Positions 11,356 to 20,246 are shown, counted from the first letter of the stretch. The stretch is 24,000 bases of DNA from an uncultured Candidatus Izemoplasmatales bacterium (GCA_964611005.1 CAZSZZ010000001.1:1-24000); one strand, 5' to 3'. Numbers and translations are program-made. The notes: a model not told the origin generated them from the letters alone.

Positions 11356-11976
11356 TTTATCCTCCTCATTAACCATTTTTTCTATAATGTCTTTAATTGG
11401 TTTATATGTTCTTCTATGTATTTCTATAATTCCAAAACGCTTAATAGCAGCTAAATGTTTTTTTGTAGGATATCCCATATTATGTTCAAAATCATACCCA
11501 GGAAATTTAATGCTTTGTTTAATCATATAAGCGTCTCTAGCTTCTTTTGCAATAATAGAAGCTGCAGCAATAGAAGCAGATAATGTATCTCCTTTTATTA
11601 TCGCTTGGTATTCAATTTGACTTTTAGGTAAAGCCATTGCATCAGATAATATATAATCCGGTTTTAAGGATAAAGAATTAATAGCATTTAACATAGCTTT
11701 TTTTGAAGCTTGGTAAATATTAATACTTTCAATTATTCTTTCACTAACAAAAGAAATAGCATAATCTAAAGCTTTTTCTTCTATCTCTATTAGTAGTTCT
11801 TGTCTTTGTTTGGAAGAGAGTTGTTTTGAATCTCTCAATCCTATAATTGGCTTATTAGGATCTAAAACAACTGCAGCAGCTACTACAGGTCCAGCTAACG
11901 GACCTCTCCCAACTTCATCAACACCAACTATATATGAATATCCTTTTTTCCATAAGTCGCTTTCAAATTTGTACAT
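10699..11976 (-). CDS. rnhB: Ribonuclease HII fused in frame to a phosphoglycolate-phosphatase-like HAD hydrolase
   Basis: N-terminal VVGVDEVGRGPLAGPVVAAAV...GDTLSASIAAASIIAKEARD...FEHNMGYPTKKHLAAI. C-terminal KAVIFDLDGTLLDT...LSNKPH...ILYVGDTNIDMKTAKNA. Likely start is ATG at 11976. Confidence 0.9.
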   Translation of the reverse strand: MYKFESDLWKKGYSYIVGVDEVGRGPLAGPVVAAAVVLDPNKPIIGLRDSKQLSSKQRQELLIEIEEKALDYAISFVSERIIESINIYQASKKAMLNAINSLSLKPDYILSDAMALPKSQIEYQAIIKGDTLSASIAAASIIAKEARDAYMIKQSIKFPGYDFEHNMGYPTKKHLAAIKRFGIIEIHRRTYKPIKDIIEKMVNEEDKMFKAVIFDLDGTLLDTISDISDSMNATLKKFNIKEYGIEDYKYLVGKGVDEFINKIVEINNLDFNMTDKLKNSYLEEYAKRKSIKTKPYPGIIKLLKRLNKNNVSLNILSNKPHYQVEEVVKKYLSDIEFDFVYGKKPKYPIKPNPTSIKEIIFKLNLDLKDILYVGDTNIDMKTAKNASLRSVGVLWGFRKEDELRESGASYIVRTTEELFKVIKGD

Positions 11977-12835
11977 TTTCAATGTTATCTAATGTCATCC
12001 TTCCTAATTTAAAATTCCTAATATCATATAAGAATAAGTTAATCACCCTATCGTAATCAATTAATCCTCCTGATAATTTACAACCTCTATTGATTCCAAT
12101 TTGATCTAATATATTCAGCGGTGAAGTACTATAATCGATATCTATTTTATAGCGACTAATTAATCTATTAATATAATATTTTTGCATAAATTTAATTCCA
12201 AAAATAGCAACTTCATCAAGTGGTAATATCTCATCCTTAATAGAGCCTAGTAAAGCTAAATGAAATCCAACATTTTTATCATCAAATTTAGGCCACAAAA
12301 CGCCTGGGTTATCTAATAATAATAAATCACCTTTAGTTTTAATAAAGCTTTGAGATTTAGTAATTCCAGGTAGATTCCCAGTTTTAACTTTCTTTTTACC
12401 AGCCATATTATTAATAAACTGTGATTTCCCAACATTAGGAATACCAATAACCATTGCGCGAAATGCTCTTTTGCTCATGCCTTTTTTTTGTTCTTTTATT
12501 TTTAAATTTGTTAGGATTTTTTGTGTTTTATTATTAATTTTTTTATAAATATTATCAGTTAAAGAATTAACGCTTACACAAAGTTTACCTTTTGATTCAT
12601 AATAATTAACCCATTTCTTTGTTTCATCTTCATCTGCTAAATCAGATTTATTTAGAATTATTAACAAAGGTTTGCTTTTAATAATATCATTTAATAATGG
12701 GTTTTTGCTTGATTCTGGAATCCTTGCATCTCGTATTTCATAAACGATATCTACAACAGGCATTTTTTCTTCTATTTGTCTTCTTGCCTTTTGCATATGG
12801 CCAGGAAACCACTGAATTTGTTTCATAAATTTCAC
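11963..12835 (-). CDS. rbgA: Ribosome biogenesis GTPase RbgA (YlqF), circularly permuted G motifs
   Basis: WFPGHMQKARRQI, LNKSDLAD before GIPNVGKSQFIN, then LLDNPGVLWPKF. Confidence 0.94.
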   Translation of the reverse strand: MKFMKQIQWFPGHMQKARRQIEEKMPVVDIVYEIRDARIPESSKNPLLNDIIKSKPLLIILNKSDLADEDETKKWVNYYESKGKLCVSVNSLTDNIYKKINNKTQKILTNLKIKEQKKGMSKRAFRAMVIGIPNVGKSQFINNMAGKKKVKTGNLPGITKSQSFIKTKGDLLLLDNPGVLWPKFDDKNVGFHLALLGSIKDEILPLDEVAIFGIKFMQKYYINRLISRYKIDIDYSTSPLNILDQIGINRGCKLSGGLIDYDRVINLFLYDIRNFKLGRMTLDNIENVQI

Positions 12836-13642
12836 CTATCCTACTCTACAAGTAGAGTTAGAAATTTTAATAATAACTTTGCCTAACATATCTTCTTCTT
12901 TGACCAAACCAAAAAGTCTTGAATCTCTCGAATTATCTCGATTATCACCTAATACGTAAAAATATCCTTCAGGTATAGTTAAATCATATTCTATTGTTCC
13001 ATTCCAAATTGTATCTTCTATTTTATTTCCATTAACATATACTCCAGTAGAATTAACAACTAATTTATCTCCACCTTGAGCTATAAGCCGTTTAATTAAA
13101 TACAACCCTTCTTCTTGCAAGATAACAATATCTTGATTTTTGTATTCTTCAACATATTTAATAATAACTGCATCATTATCACAGAAAGTAGGTTGCATAG
13201 ATATTCCTTCAACTTGAGCAAGAGAAAAGAAATAACCATTTATAACCATAATTATTATCAAAAACACAGGAACTACGCTAAATATATCAGCTACATTATA
13301 CTTGCGTTTATATGAAGCTATTTCTTTTTTTGATAATTCAATATTACTTTTTCTATTTTTAATATAAGCATAAGTTAAAATGACAAAAGAAATAAATCCA
13401 AATATAATAATAACAAAAAAGAAAATAGAAAAAACTTCTGCGATAAATGGACTAGGTACGTTTTTAAATGTTCGATTTAAATTAAATATAAAAAATTTAT
13501 TTTTTTGCAACAAAATAAATAATATAACTGAAGCAATAAACATTATGAAAAAAACGATGATTGTTTTCAACGATTTTTTCATTAACAAATTATATTCTTT
13601 TAAATCATCACTATTTTCATTAAAATCAAAATCTTCTATCAT
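12836..13642 (-). CDS. lepB: Signal peptidase I with an extended multi-TM N-terminus
   Basis: VEGISMQPTFCDNDAVII, LYLIKRLIAQGGD, YVNGN, YFVLGDNRDNSRDSRLFG. Confidence 0.93.
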   Translation of the reverse strand: MIEDFDFNENSDDLKEYNLLMKKSLKTIIVFFIMFIASVILFILLQKNKFFIFNLNRTFKNVPSPFIAEVFSIFFFVIIIFGFISFVILTYAYIKNRKSNIELSKKEIASYKRKYNVADIFSVVPVFLIIIMVINGYFFSLAQVEGISMQPTFCDNDAVIIKYVEEYKNQDIVILQEEGLYLIKRLIAQGGDKLVVNSTGVYVNGNKIEDTIWNGTIEYDLTIPEGYFYVLGDNRDNSRDSRLFGLVKEEDMLGKVIIKISNSTCRVG

Positions 13643-15786
13643 AATTTATCTATACTTTCAAATATTTTAGCTAATTGATTATATTCAATTAATACTGATC
13701 TTGGTTTAGTTCCAACATTTTCTGAAACTATCCCAAATTTTTCTAACATATTAACGATTTGAGTTGCTCGATTAAACCCAATCGCAAATACTTGTGTGAT
13801 TTTATTTAAAGAGCATTTTCCTTCTTCAACTACATAATTAGCTACATCTTTAAACAATTCATCAATTGAATCGATATCTTCTCCAGTTTGAGCCTTAACT
13901 ATAAGGCTTTCATGTGTAAACATATATTCAGGTTTTGCTTGATTAATAATATATTCAGTCACCGCCTCAATTTCTTCTGGAGATAGGTAAGCACCTTGAA
14001 GACGCCTTACCATACCATTTTCAGATAATAACATATCCCCTTTACCAAGTAGTTTCTCGGCACCAGTCATATCTAAAACAACACTTGAATCCGTTGATGA
14101 TGGAACTCTAAAAGCAAATCTAGTGGGAATATTAGCCTTGATAGCGCCTTTTAAAATATCCGCAGAAGGTCTTTGAGTAGCTAATAATATGTGAATACCT
14201 ACCGCCCTTGACTTTTGAGTTAATTTTAATATAGCATCTTCTACTTCATTACCACCAGTTATCAACAAATCAGATGCTTCTTCTATAATAATAACAATTC
14301 TTGGCATTGAAATGAAATTAGGAGTATTACTTCTTCTTCTATAATAATCTTTTACATTAATAGCTTTAAACTTCTTCAATGTATCATATCTTGATTCCAT
14401 TTCGTTAACCATATACTTTAATGATTCTATAGCTATCTTAGGATCATCAATAATTGGAGTTATTAAATGAGGAATACCTGCAAATTGTTGTAAATCAACT
14501 TTTTTTGGATCAATAAGCATCATTTTTAATTCATTTGGTTTATTTTTAGTAATCAATGAAGCGATAATTGAAGCGATACATACAGATTTTCCACTTTGAG
14601 TAGACCCAGCTACTAATCCATGAGGCATTGATTCAATAGAAGTATATATTGGTTTGGCATCAATATCTAATCCAACCGCAATTAAAAGAGGATCATCTGA
14701 ATTAAGAAAATAATCGTTATCAATTACATCCCCAAAAAATACAGATTCTCTCATTTTATTTGGAACCTCAATTCCTATTGTTGTTTTTCCTGGTATAGGA
14801 GCTTCAATACGAATTGATAACGCAGCCAAGCTCATCTGAATATTGTCAGAAATTGACGTTATTTTTTTTGTCTGCACACCTAATCCAAGTACAATTTCAT
14901 ATCTAGTTACTGTTGGCCCTTTAGTATAATTAGTAACTTCTCCATCAATACCAAAAGACAATAATGTTTGATTAATAATATCAATATTCTCTTTTATCCA
15001 TTCAGGTTCTTTATCAGTTTTAATTTTGGATTTTTTAAATATCGATATGGGTGGCAATTGATAATTATTATAATTATTATTAGAATTATCTAAATCATTT
15101 GATTTAGTACCTTTAGTGATAGGCGAAGGTTTATATTCTTCATAATCAAAATCATCCACAAAAGCAATTTCTTCTATTTTTTTATCTTCTTCAGTATTTT
15201 CATAAATGATTTCATCTGTTTCTTTTTCCTCTTCAATAATTATCTTAGTCTTTTCATCTTCATCGGGGATTATATCTTTTAAAACATCTGATTCTTCCAA
15301 TTCTTTTTTGTTTTCATTTATAGCTTTTTCAGCTGATTCAAAAAATTCATCAACAGAAACCGCAGTAGCGTGTTCATCTATTATTGATTCTGCGGATTTT
15401 TCAGATTTATTAGGTTTATTATTTAATAAATCTTCATTAGTTAACCCCTCTTCAGAATAAACTTTTTTTATCGCAGAATTATCAACTCTGATAAATTCAT
15501 AATATTGATGACCATATCTTCGTTTTGCTTCTTCTTTGGTAAGTTTAGGCTTAGTACGAAATGCATCATATTTCTTATCAATATCTCCCCAACCTTGTCT
15601 ATCTTGAGGTATATTGATTTCATCTTTTGCAGTTCTTCCAAAAATAGGTGATACAAATTTATTACGCATAGCTTTTTTATCTTCTATAATGTTTATTTGA
15701 GGAATATAGAATTCGCGCGTATCTGGAGTTCTAGAATATCCAGGTATTATACGTTCGCGTTTCTTTTTATGTTTAAAAAACATCAT
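13639..15786 (-). CDS. ftsK: FtsK/SpoIIIE-family DNA translocase lacking an N-terminal membrane domain
   Basis: SMPHGLVAGSTQSGKSVCI, LIDPKKVDLQQFAGIPHL, HILLATQRPSADILKGAIKANIPTRFAFRV, GAEKLLGKGDML, and a C-terminal gamma-like wHTH (IGFNRATQIVNMLEKFGIVSENVGTKPRSVLI). Confidence 0.93.
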   Translation of the reverse strand: MMFFKHKKKRERIIPGYSRTPDTREFYIPQINIIEDKKAMRNKFVSPIFGRTAKDEINIPQDRQGWGDIDKKYDAFRTKPKLTKEEAKRRYGHQYYEFIRVDNSAIKKVYSEEGLTNEDLLNNKPNKSEKSAESIIDEHATAVSVDEFFESAEKAINENKKELEESDVLKDIIPDEDEKTKIIIEEEKETDEIIYENTEEDKKIEEIAFVDDFDYEEYKPSPITKGTKSNDLDNSNNNYNNYQLPPISIFKKSKIKTDKEPEWIKENIDIINQTLLSFGIDGEVTNYTKGPTVTRYEIVLGLGVQTKKITSISDNIQMSLAALSIRIEAPIPGKTTIGIEVPNKMRESVFFGDVIDNDYFLNSDDPLLIAVGLDIDAKPIYTSIESMPHGLVAGSTQSGKSVCIASIIASLITKNKPNELKMMLIDPKKVDLQQFAGIPHLITPIIDDPKIAIESLKYMVNEMESRYDTLKKFKAINVKDYYRRRSNTPNFISMPRIVIIIEEASDLLITGGNEVEDAILKLTQKSRAVGIHILLATQRPSADILKGAIKANIPTRFAFRVPSSTDSSVVLDMTGAEKLLGKGDMLLSENGMVRRLQGAYLSPEEIEAVTEYIINQAKPEYMFTHESLIVKAQTGEDIDSIDELFKDVANYVVEEGKCSLNKITQVFAIGFNRATQIVNMLEKFGIVSENVGTKPRSVLIEYNQLAKIFESIDKL

Positions 15787-16562
15787 TTTACATCCTCACT
15801 TTCAATCATTTTTTCTAATTTGCTCATGATTTCTTCTTCAGAATCTTCTTTTTTAAATATGGCTTTACTATAAATTTTGTGAGTTTCTTCTCCGAATATA
15901 GTAATAATATATTTACAAATCTCTTTTGTTACTAACACAGTCGCTGGTTTTATCGCCAATTTCCTAAACCAATAAACTGGATTAGAAAAATTCAATATTG
16001 TTTTTCCAGTTGTATAAATTTGTTGCAATTTAATTTTTCTTGATATTTGCATTAATTTAGAATTCGATATTTTTTTCTTAGTGTTTAATAAATCAATAAT
16101 GCTTGAAATTTTGTAGTTTTTTATTAACTTTAAAAACTTACCATTAACTAATTCATTTATTCTATTAGTTATATAGTAATTTAAAGCTAATAATTCCTGA
16201 ATAGATAATTCATACAAAGGGTATCTCGAATTCGGAAAATAATACCTTGATATTTCTTCAGATAATTCAAGACTTAAATCCAAGGCAACTTTAAAATATC
16301 CTGAATCAGTAGTTCTAACGGTTTTATCTAATTGATTTTGTTTTGATTCAATCATTTCTAAGATAACTTTTTCATCCAACGGTATTCCTTTAGACAATCT
16401 TATCTTGGTTTTTCTGCGTTCATTGGAAGCTATAATCCCTACTACAGATAAAGCCAACAAAATTATTCCAGTAATTATACCGAGTACAAAATATCTAATA
16501 TTAACCCATTCGATTTGTAAAAAAATAAAACTAATCAAATTAAATGAAATATATCTAACCAT
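15783..16562 (-). CDS. Uncharacterised membrane-anchored protein coupled to ftsK
   Basis: Open frame with an N-terminal hydrophobic stretch (YFVLGIITGIILLALSVVGIIA). Ends overlapping the ftsK start by 4 nt. ATG at 16562 has AGGAG 8 nt upstream; the track starts at a TTG at 16568. Confidence 0.85.
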   Translation of the reverse strand: MVRYISFNLISFIFLQIEWVNIRYFVLGIITGIILLALSVVGIIASNERRKTKIRLSKGIPLDEKVILEMIESKQNQLDKTVRTTDSGYFKVALDLSLELSEEISRYYFPNSRYPLYELSIQELLALNYYITNRINELVNGKFLKLIKNYKISSIIDLLNTKKKISNSKLMQISRKIKLQQIYTTGKTILNFSNPVYWFRKLAIKPATVLVTKEICKYIITIFGEETHKIYSKAIFKKEDSEEEIMSKLEKMIESEDVK

Positions 16563-16582
16563 AGTCAATTCTCCTTATATAA

Positions 16583-16611
16583 ATTATATCTTAATTTATA
16601 CTATTATTCAA
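16583..16611 (-). promoter_or_regulatory. Promoter for the unknown-ftsK-lepB-rbgA-rnhB gene string
   Basis: Minus strand TTGAAT (16611-16606), 17-nt spacer, TATAAT (16588-16583). Confidence 0.75.
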
Positions 16612-16624
16612 TTGTAATCATCAT

Positions 16625-16653
16625 TTGCATATTTTAAGTCCATATGAGATAAT
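16625..16653 (+). promoter_or_regulatory. Divergent promoter of the Cof-type HAD gene
   Basis: Plus strand TTGCAT (16625-16630), 17-nt spacer, GATAAT (16648-16653). Confidence 0.6.
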
Positions 16654-16668
16654 ATCATAGGTGATGAT

Positions 16669-17490
16669 ATGGACAAGTATTTAATAGCTTTAGATTTAGA
16701 TGGAACTATCTTATATGATTTTGATTCATTATCGGAAAATCTTTGCGAATTTATGAAAGAAATACAACTTAATGGGCATAAAATTGTAATCGCAACCGGA
16801 AGGCCCTTTCGCTCCTCTAAATTTGTATATGAACGATTCAATTTGGATACTCCTATTATTAATTATAATGGAGGTTTAATTACTTTACCTAATAATAAAA
16901 AATTTCCAGAAATTAATTATACAGTTAAAAAAGAAGCAATTATTGATATATTTGAAAATAATATAGAACATATACGGAATGCTTTTTCAGAGATATATGA
17001 TGAGATATATTTATACCGTAAAGAAAAAGCAATAGAACCCCTACTACACTGTGATGGTGCTACAGATATTATTATTGGTAATCTACGCAATATTTTAAAA
17101 AAAGATACAAATGGTTTTATAATTATAGGCAAACAAGGTAGAGGTAAAATTATAAAAGAATATATCGATAATAAATATCACGGAGAAGTGTTATGTAGGA
17201 TTTGGAATATGTCTGGAGAATTTGATTCTATTTTAGAGGTTTTTACTCCCGAATCTAATAAAGGTAAAGCTTTAGAATACGTGACTAATTATCTAGGTTT
17301 TAGTCAAAATCAAGTAATCGCAATCGGAGATGGTCATAATGATATTGAAATGCTACAATATGCAAATTTAGGTGTTTGTGTAAAAAATTCTCATCCAGAT
17401 TTAATTAAAGTGGCTGATATCGTCTTAGATTACACTAGTTATGAAAATGCAGTATATAGATTTTTATCCAAACATTTAATTAAAAAATAA
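16669..17490 (+). CDS. Cof/YxeH-type HAD-superfamily hydrolase
   Basis: LIALDLDGTILYD, IVIATGRPFRS, IINYNGG, NKGKALEYV, VIAIGDGHNDIEMLQYANLGVCVKNSHPDLIKVAD. Confidence 0.93.
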   Translation: MDKYLIALDLDGTILYDFDSLSENLCEFMKEIQLNGHKIVIATGRPFRSSKFVYERFNLDTPIINYNGGLITLPNNKKFPEINYTVKKEAIIDIFENNIEHIRNAFSEIYDEIYLYRKEKAIEPLLHCDGATDIIIGNLRNILKKDTNGFIIIGKQGRGKIIKEYIDNKYHGEVLCRIWNMSGEFDSILEVFTPESNKGKALEYVTNYLGFSQNQVIAIGDGHNDIEMLQYANLGVCVKNSHPDLIKVADIVLDYTSYENAVYRFLSKHLIKK

Positions 17491-17518
17491 AGGCGGTTTA
17501 TCTAAATCCGCCTTTTTT
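17487..17518. terminator. Bidirectional Rho-independent terminator between convergent cof-like and ffh genes
   Basis: AAAGGCGG (17489-17496) / CCGCCTTT (17508-17515), with a T run on the plus strand and TTTATTTTTT on the minus strand. Confidence 0.85.
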
Positions 17519-18895
17519 CTTTTTCTTTGCCCTTCTCATAGCTCTTGATTCTTTTGGTTGATATGTTCCTTGCGCCATGTTTTGCATTCTATCTGGGTTA
17601 ATATTTTGTAATTGATTCATCATTTTTTTCTGTTTATCTAAGGTTGATATTAAACGATTTATCTCAGTTGTAGACCGTCCGGATCCCCTAGCAACACGAT
17701 TTCTTCTAGAGCTGCTTCTTTTAATAAGTTCTGGTTTAGCCCTTTCGGATTTTGTCATCGAATTTATGATAGCTTCAATATATACTAGTTGTTTATCATC
17801 TATTTTATCTATGTTTGTCATAGAATTCATTCCAGGCATCATTTTTAATAAACCTGAAAACTTACCCATGCGTTTAATCATCTTCATCTGTTTTAATAAA
17901 TCATTGAAGTTATATTTACCTGACATCATCTTTTCCATTAAAGACATTGCCTCATCTTCACTTATTTCAGCTGTAGCTTTCTCAACTAAAGACATTATGT
18001 CTCCCATACCCAATATACGAGAAGCCATTCTTTCCGGATGGAATACTTCTATTTCAGTAAGTTTTTCTCCTGTACCAGAAAACTTAATTGGAACATTTGT
18101 AATTTTACGTACAGATAAAGCGGCTCCACCACGAGTATCTCCATCTAACTTTGTAAGAATACATCCTGTTAGATTTAATTTTTCATTAAATGTTTCTGCA
18201 ACATTTACTGCATCCTGTCCAGTCATAGCATCTATTATCAATAAAACTTCATCTGGTTTAGAAATAGCTTCAACATCTCGAATCTCTTTCATCATATCTT
18301 CATCAATGTGTAAACGACCCGCAGTATCAATAATAACTAAATTATGCCCTTGTTCTTTTGCATAATTCAATCCTTCTTTAACAATTTTAATTGGATTAAC
18401 CTTACCCATTTCAAAAACAGGAATATTTAGTTGCTTTCCTACTACCTCAAGTTGTTCAATAGCCGCAGGTCGATATATATCAGCCGCTATTAAAATAGGG
18501 TTTAATTGATTATTCTTTCTTAAAAAATAAGCTAATTTACCAGCGGTTGTTGTTTTTCCGGCGCCTTGTAATCCAACCATAAGTATAACAGTAAATCCAG
18601 ATTCATTGAAATGGATTTCTTCAGCTTCTCTGCCCATTAACTTAGTAAGTTCATCATTAACAATTTTAACTACTTGTTGTCCGGGATTTAATCCTTTTAA
18701 AATTTTCTCACCATAAGCTTGTTCTTTTATATTCTCAGTAAACTCTTTGACAACTTTATAGTTAACATCTGCTTCTAATAATGAAAGGCGTACTTCTCTC
18801 ATCATCTGATTGATGTCTGATTCATTTAATTTTGCTTTCCCAGTTATTCTTCTCAAAGCCATTTGAAAGCGGCTTGTTAAATCTTCAAATGCCAT
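17498..18895 (-). CDS. ffh: Signal recognition particle protein Ffh
   Basis: MVGLQGAGKTTTAGKLA, IIDTAGRLHID, GCILTKLDGDTRGGAALS, and Met-rich M domain FSGLLKMMPGM. Confidence 0.98.
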   Translation of the reverse strand: MAFEDLTSRFQMALRRITGKAKLNESDINQMMREVRLSLLEADVNYKVVKEFTENIKEQAYGEKILKGLNPGQQVVKIVNDELTKLMGREAEEIHFNESGFTVILMVGLQGAGKTTTAGKLAYFLRKNNQLNPILIAADIYRPAAIEQLEVVGKQLNIPVFEMGKVNPIKIVKEGLNYAKEQGHNLVIIDTAGRLHIDEDMMKEIRDVEAISKPDEVLLIIDAMTGQDAVNVAETFNEKLNLTGCILTKLDGDTRGGAALSVRKITNVPIKFSGTGEKLTEIEVFHPERMASRILGMGDIMSLVEKATAEISEDEAMSLMEKMMSGKYNFNDLLKQMKMIKRMGKFSGLLKMMPGMNSMTNIDKIDDKQLVYIEAIINSMTKSERAKPELIKRSSSRRNRVARGSGRSTTEINRLISTLDKQKKMMNQLQNINPDRMQNMAQGTYQPKESRAMRRAKKKKKGGFR

Positions 18896-18898
18896 ATC

Positions 18899-19210
18899 TT
18901 ACACCTTTTCTAATTGTTTTCTTGTATTTTCTAATGAAATTTTATTTTTATCAATTTGATCAATTATAGAATTAATCTTTTTTTTCTTTTCAAGCATTTT
19001 CAATATTTTTTCATAATTTTCTAAATGACTAACCACATTTTTTAATTGCATATGTACAGCGTTTCTACTTACTGATAAAATCTCTGAAATTTCTGATAAT
19101 GAATAATCGCTTAAATAATAATATTCATAATACATTCTTTGTTTTTCCGTTAATAATTTTCCATATATATCATACAAGGAATTCATTCTAATTTTATCTT
19201 CTAATTTCAT
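18899..19210 (-). CDS. ylxM: YlxM/p13-like SRP-associated HTH protein
   Basis: LLTEKQRMYYEYYYLSDYSLSEISEILSVSRNAVHMQLK; lies between ftsY and ffh. Confidence 0.9.
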   Translation of the reverse strand: MKLEDKIRMNSLYDIYGKLLTEKQRMYYEYYYLSDYSLSEISEILSVSRNAVHMQLKNVVSHLENYEKILKMLEKKKKINSIIDQIDKNKISLENTRKQLEKV

Positions 19211-19222
19211 AATATTCCCCTA

Positions 19223-20191
19223 TTAAAAAAAGTCTGCGAATAATCCATAAATATAGTTTTCTATATCAAAATATTCTAAATCTTCTAATTTCTCCCCTAA
19301 ACCAACAAATGAAATAGGAATTCCTAATTTATTGCGAATCGCAAGCACTATTCCACCCTTAGCTGTTCCATCTAATTTAGTTAATATAATTCCAGTTACA
19401 TCAGTTGCCTCTGAAAAAATTTTTGCTTGAGATAATCCATTTTGTCCCGTTGTTGCATCAATGACTAAATATGTTTCAAATATCTCACTATTATTTTCTC
19501 TTTTAATAATACGATTAATTTTACTCAATTCATTCATTAAGTTTTTCTTATTTTGTAAACGTCCTGCAGTATCTATTAATAAAACATCTATCTTGTCTTT
19601 TTTTGCCTGATTAATGGCCTCAAAAATAACACTTGCTGGATCGCTTCCAGCTTCTTTAGAAACTACAGGAACTCCAACTCTTTCACCAAATACTTTTAAT
19701 TGATTAATGGCTCCTGCACGAAAAGTATCTCCAGCAGCTAACATCACTGTTTTTCCTTCTTGTTTTATTTTGTATGCTAATTTACCAATAGTCGTTGTTT
19801 TTCCAGTACCATTTACTCCAACAAAAAGAATTATCGTTAATCCATTCAGATTATATCTTATGTTGGTATTAATGATCTCATCTTTTAAATACAATTCGAA
19901 CATCTTATCTACGATTAAATTTTCTAATTGTAAAGGACTTTGAATGTTTTCCTTTTTTACAATTTCACGAAGACCATCAATAAATTCAATCACTGTATCT
20001 ACACCGATATCAGACATGATAAATATTTCTTCTAATTTAGAAAATAAATCTTCATTTATTGATTTAGATTTTGTTAAAATGTCTTTCAAAGAGGATAATG
20101 AACCACTCCTCGTTTTCATCATACCAATTTTATATTTTTCAGCTCTACGTTTCCGTTCTTGATTTTGAAAGAATCTTTGAAATAATCCCAT
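19223..20191 (-). CDS. ftsY: SRP receptor FtsY
   Basis: LFVGVNGTGKTTTIGKLAYKI, AAGDTFRAGAINQL, LIDTAGRLQNKKNLMNEL, GIILTKLDGTAKGGI. ATG at 20191 with SD AGGTGG. Confidence 0.97.
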   Translation of the reverse strand: MGLFQRFFQNQERKRRAEKYKIGMMKTRSGSLSSLKDILTKSKSINEDLFSKLEEIFIMSDIGVDTVIEFIDGLREIVKKENIQSPLQLENLIVDKMFELYLKDEIINTNIRYNLNGLTIILFVGVNGTGKTTTIGKLAYKIKQEGKTVMLAAGDTFRAGAINQLKVFGERVGVPVVSKEAGSDPASVIFEAINQAKKDKIDVLLIDTAGRLQNKKNLMNELSKINRIIKRENNSEIFETYLVIDATTGQNGLSQAKIFSEATDVTGIILTKLDGTAKGGIVLAIRNKLGIPISFVGLGEKLEDLEYFDIENYIYGLFADFF

Positions 20192-20219
20192 GATTCTCAC
20201 CACCTTAAATTCATATTGT

Positions 20220-20228
20220 ATTATATCA
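20220..20228 (-). promoter_or_regulatory. Extended -10 promoter of the ftsY-ylxM-ffh unit
   Basis: Minus strand TG-A-TATAAT at 20228-20220. The -35 region is weak (TTAGAA at 17-nt spacing). Confidence 0.55.
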
Positions 20229-20246
20229 TAATTTTGCTAAATTTCT

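Noticed and set aside
12400-12470. Atypical RbgA G1/G3 residues (GKSQ, DNPG) as a possible inactive GTPase
   Set aside because: Core P-loop GxxNVGKS and DxPG are preserved; the deviations alone do not support loss of function.
17766-18365. 199-aa plus-strand ORF opposite ffh
   Set aside because: Lies entirely antisense to a strongly conserved ffh gene, is Ser/Ile/Phe-rich as expected from reverse-complemented codons, and has no RBS or recognisable domain.
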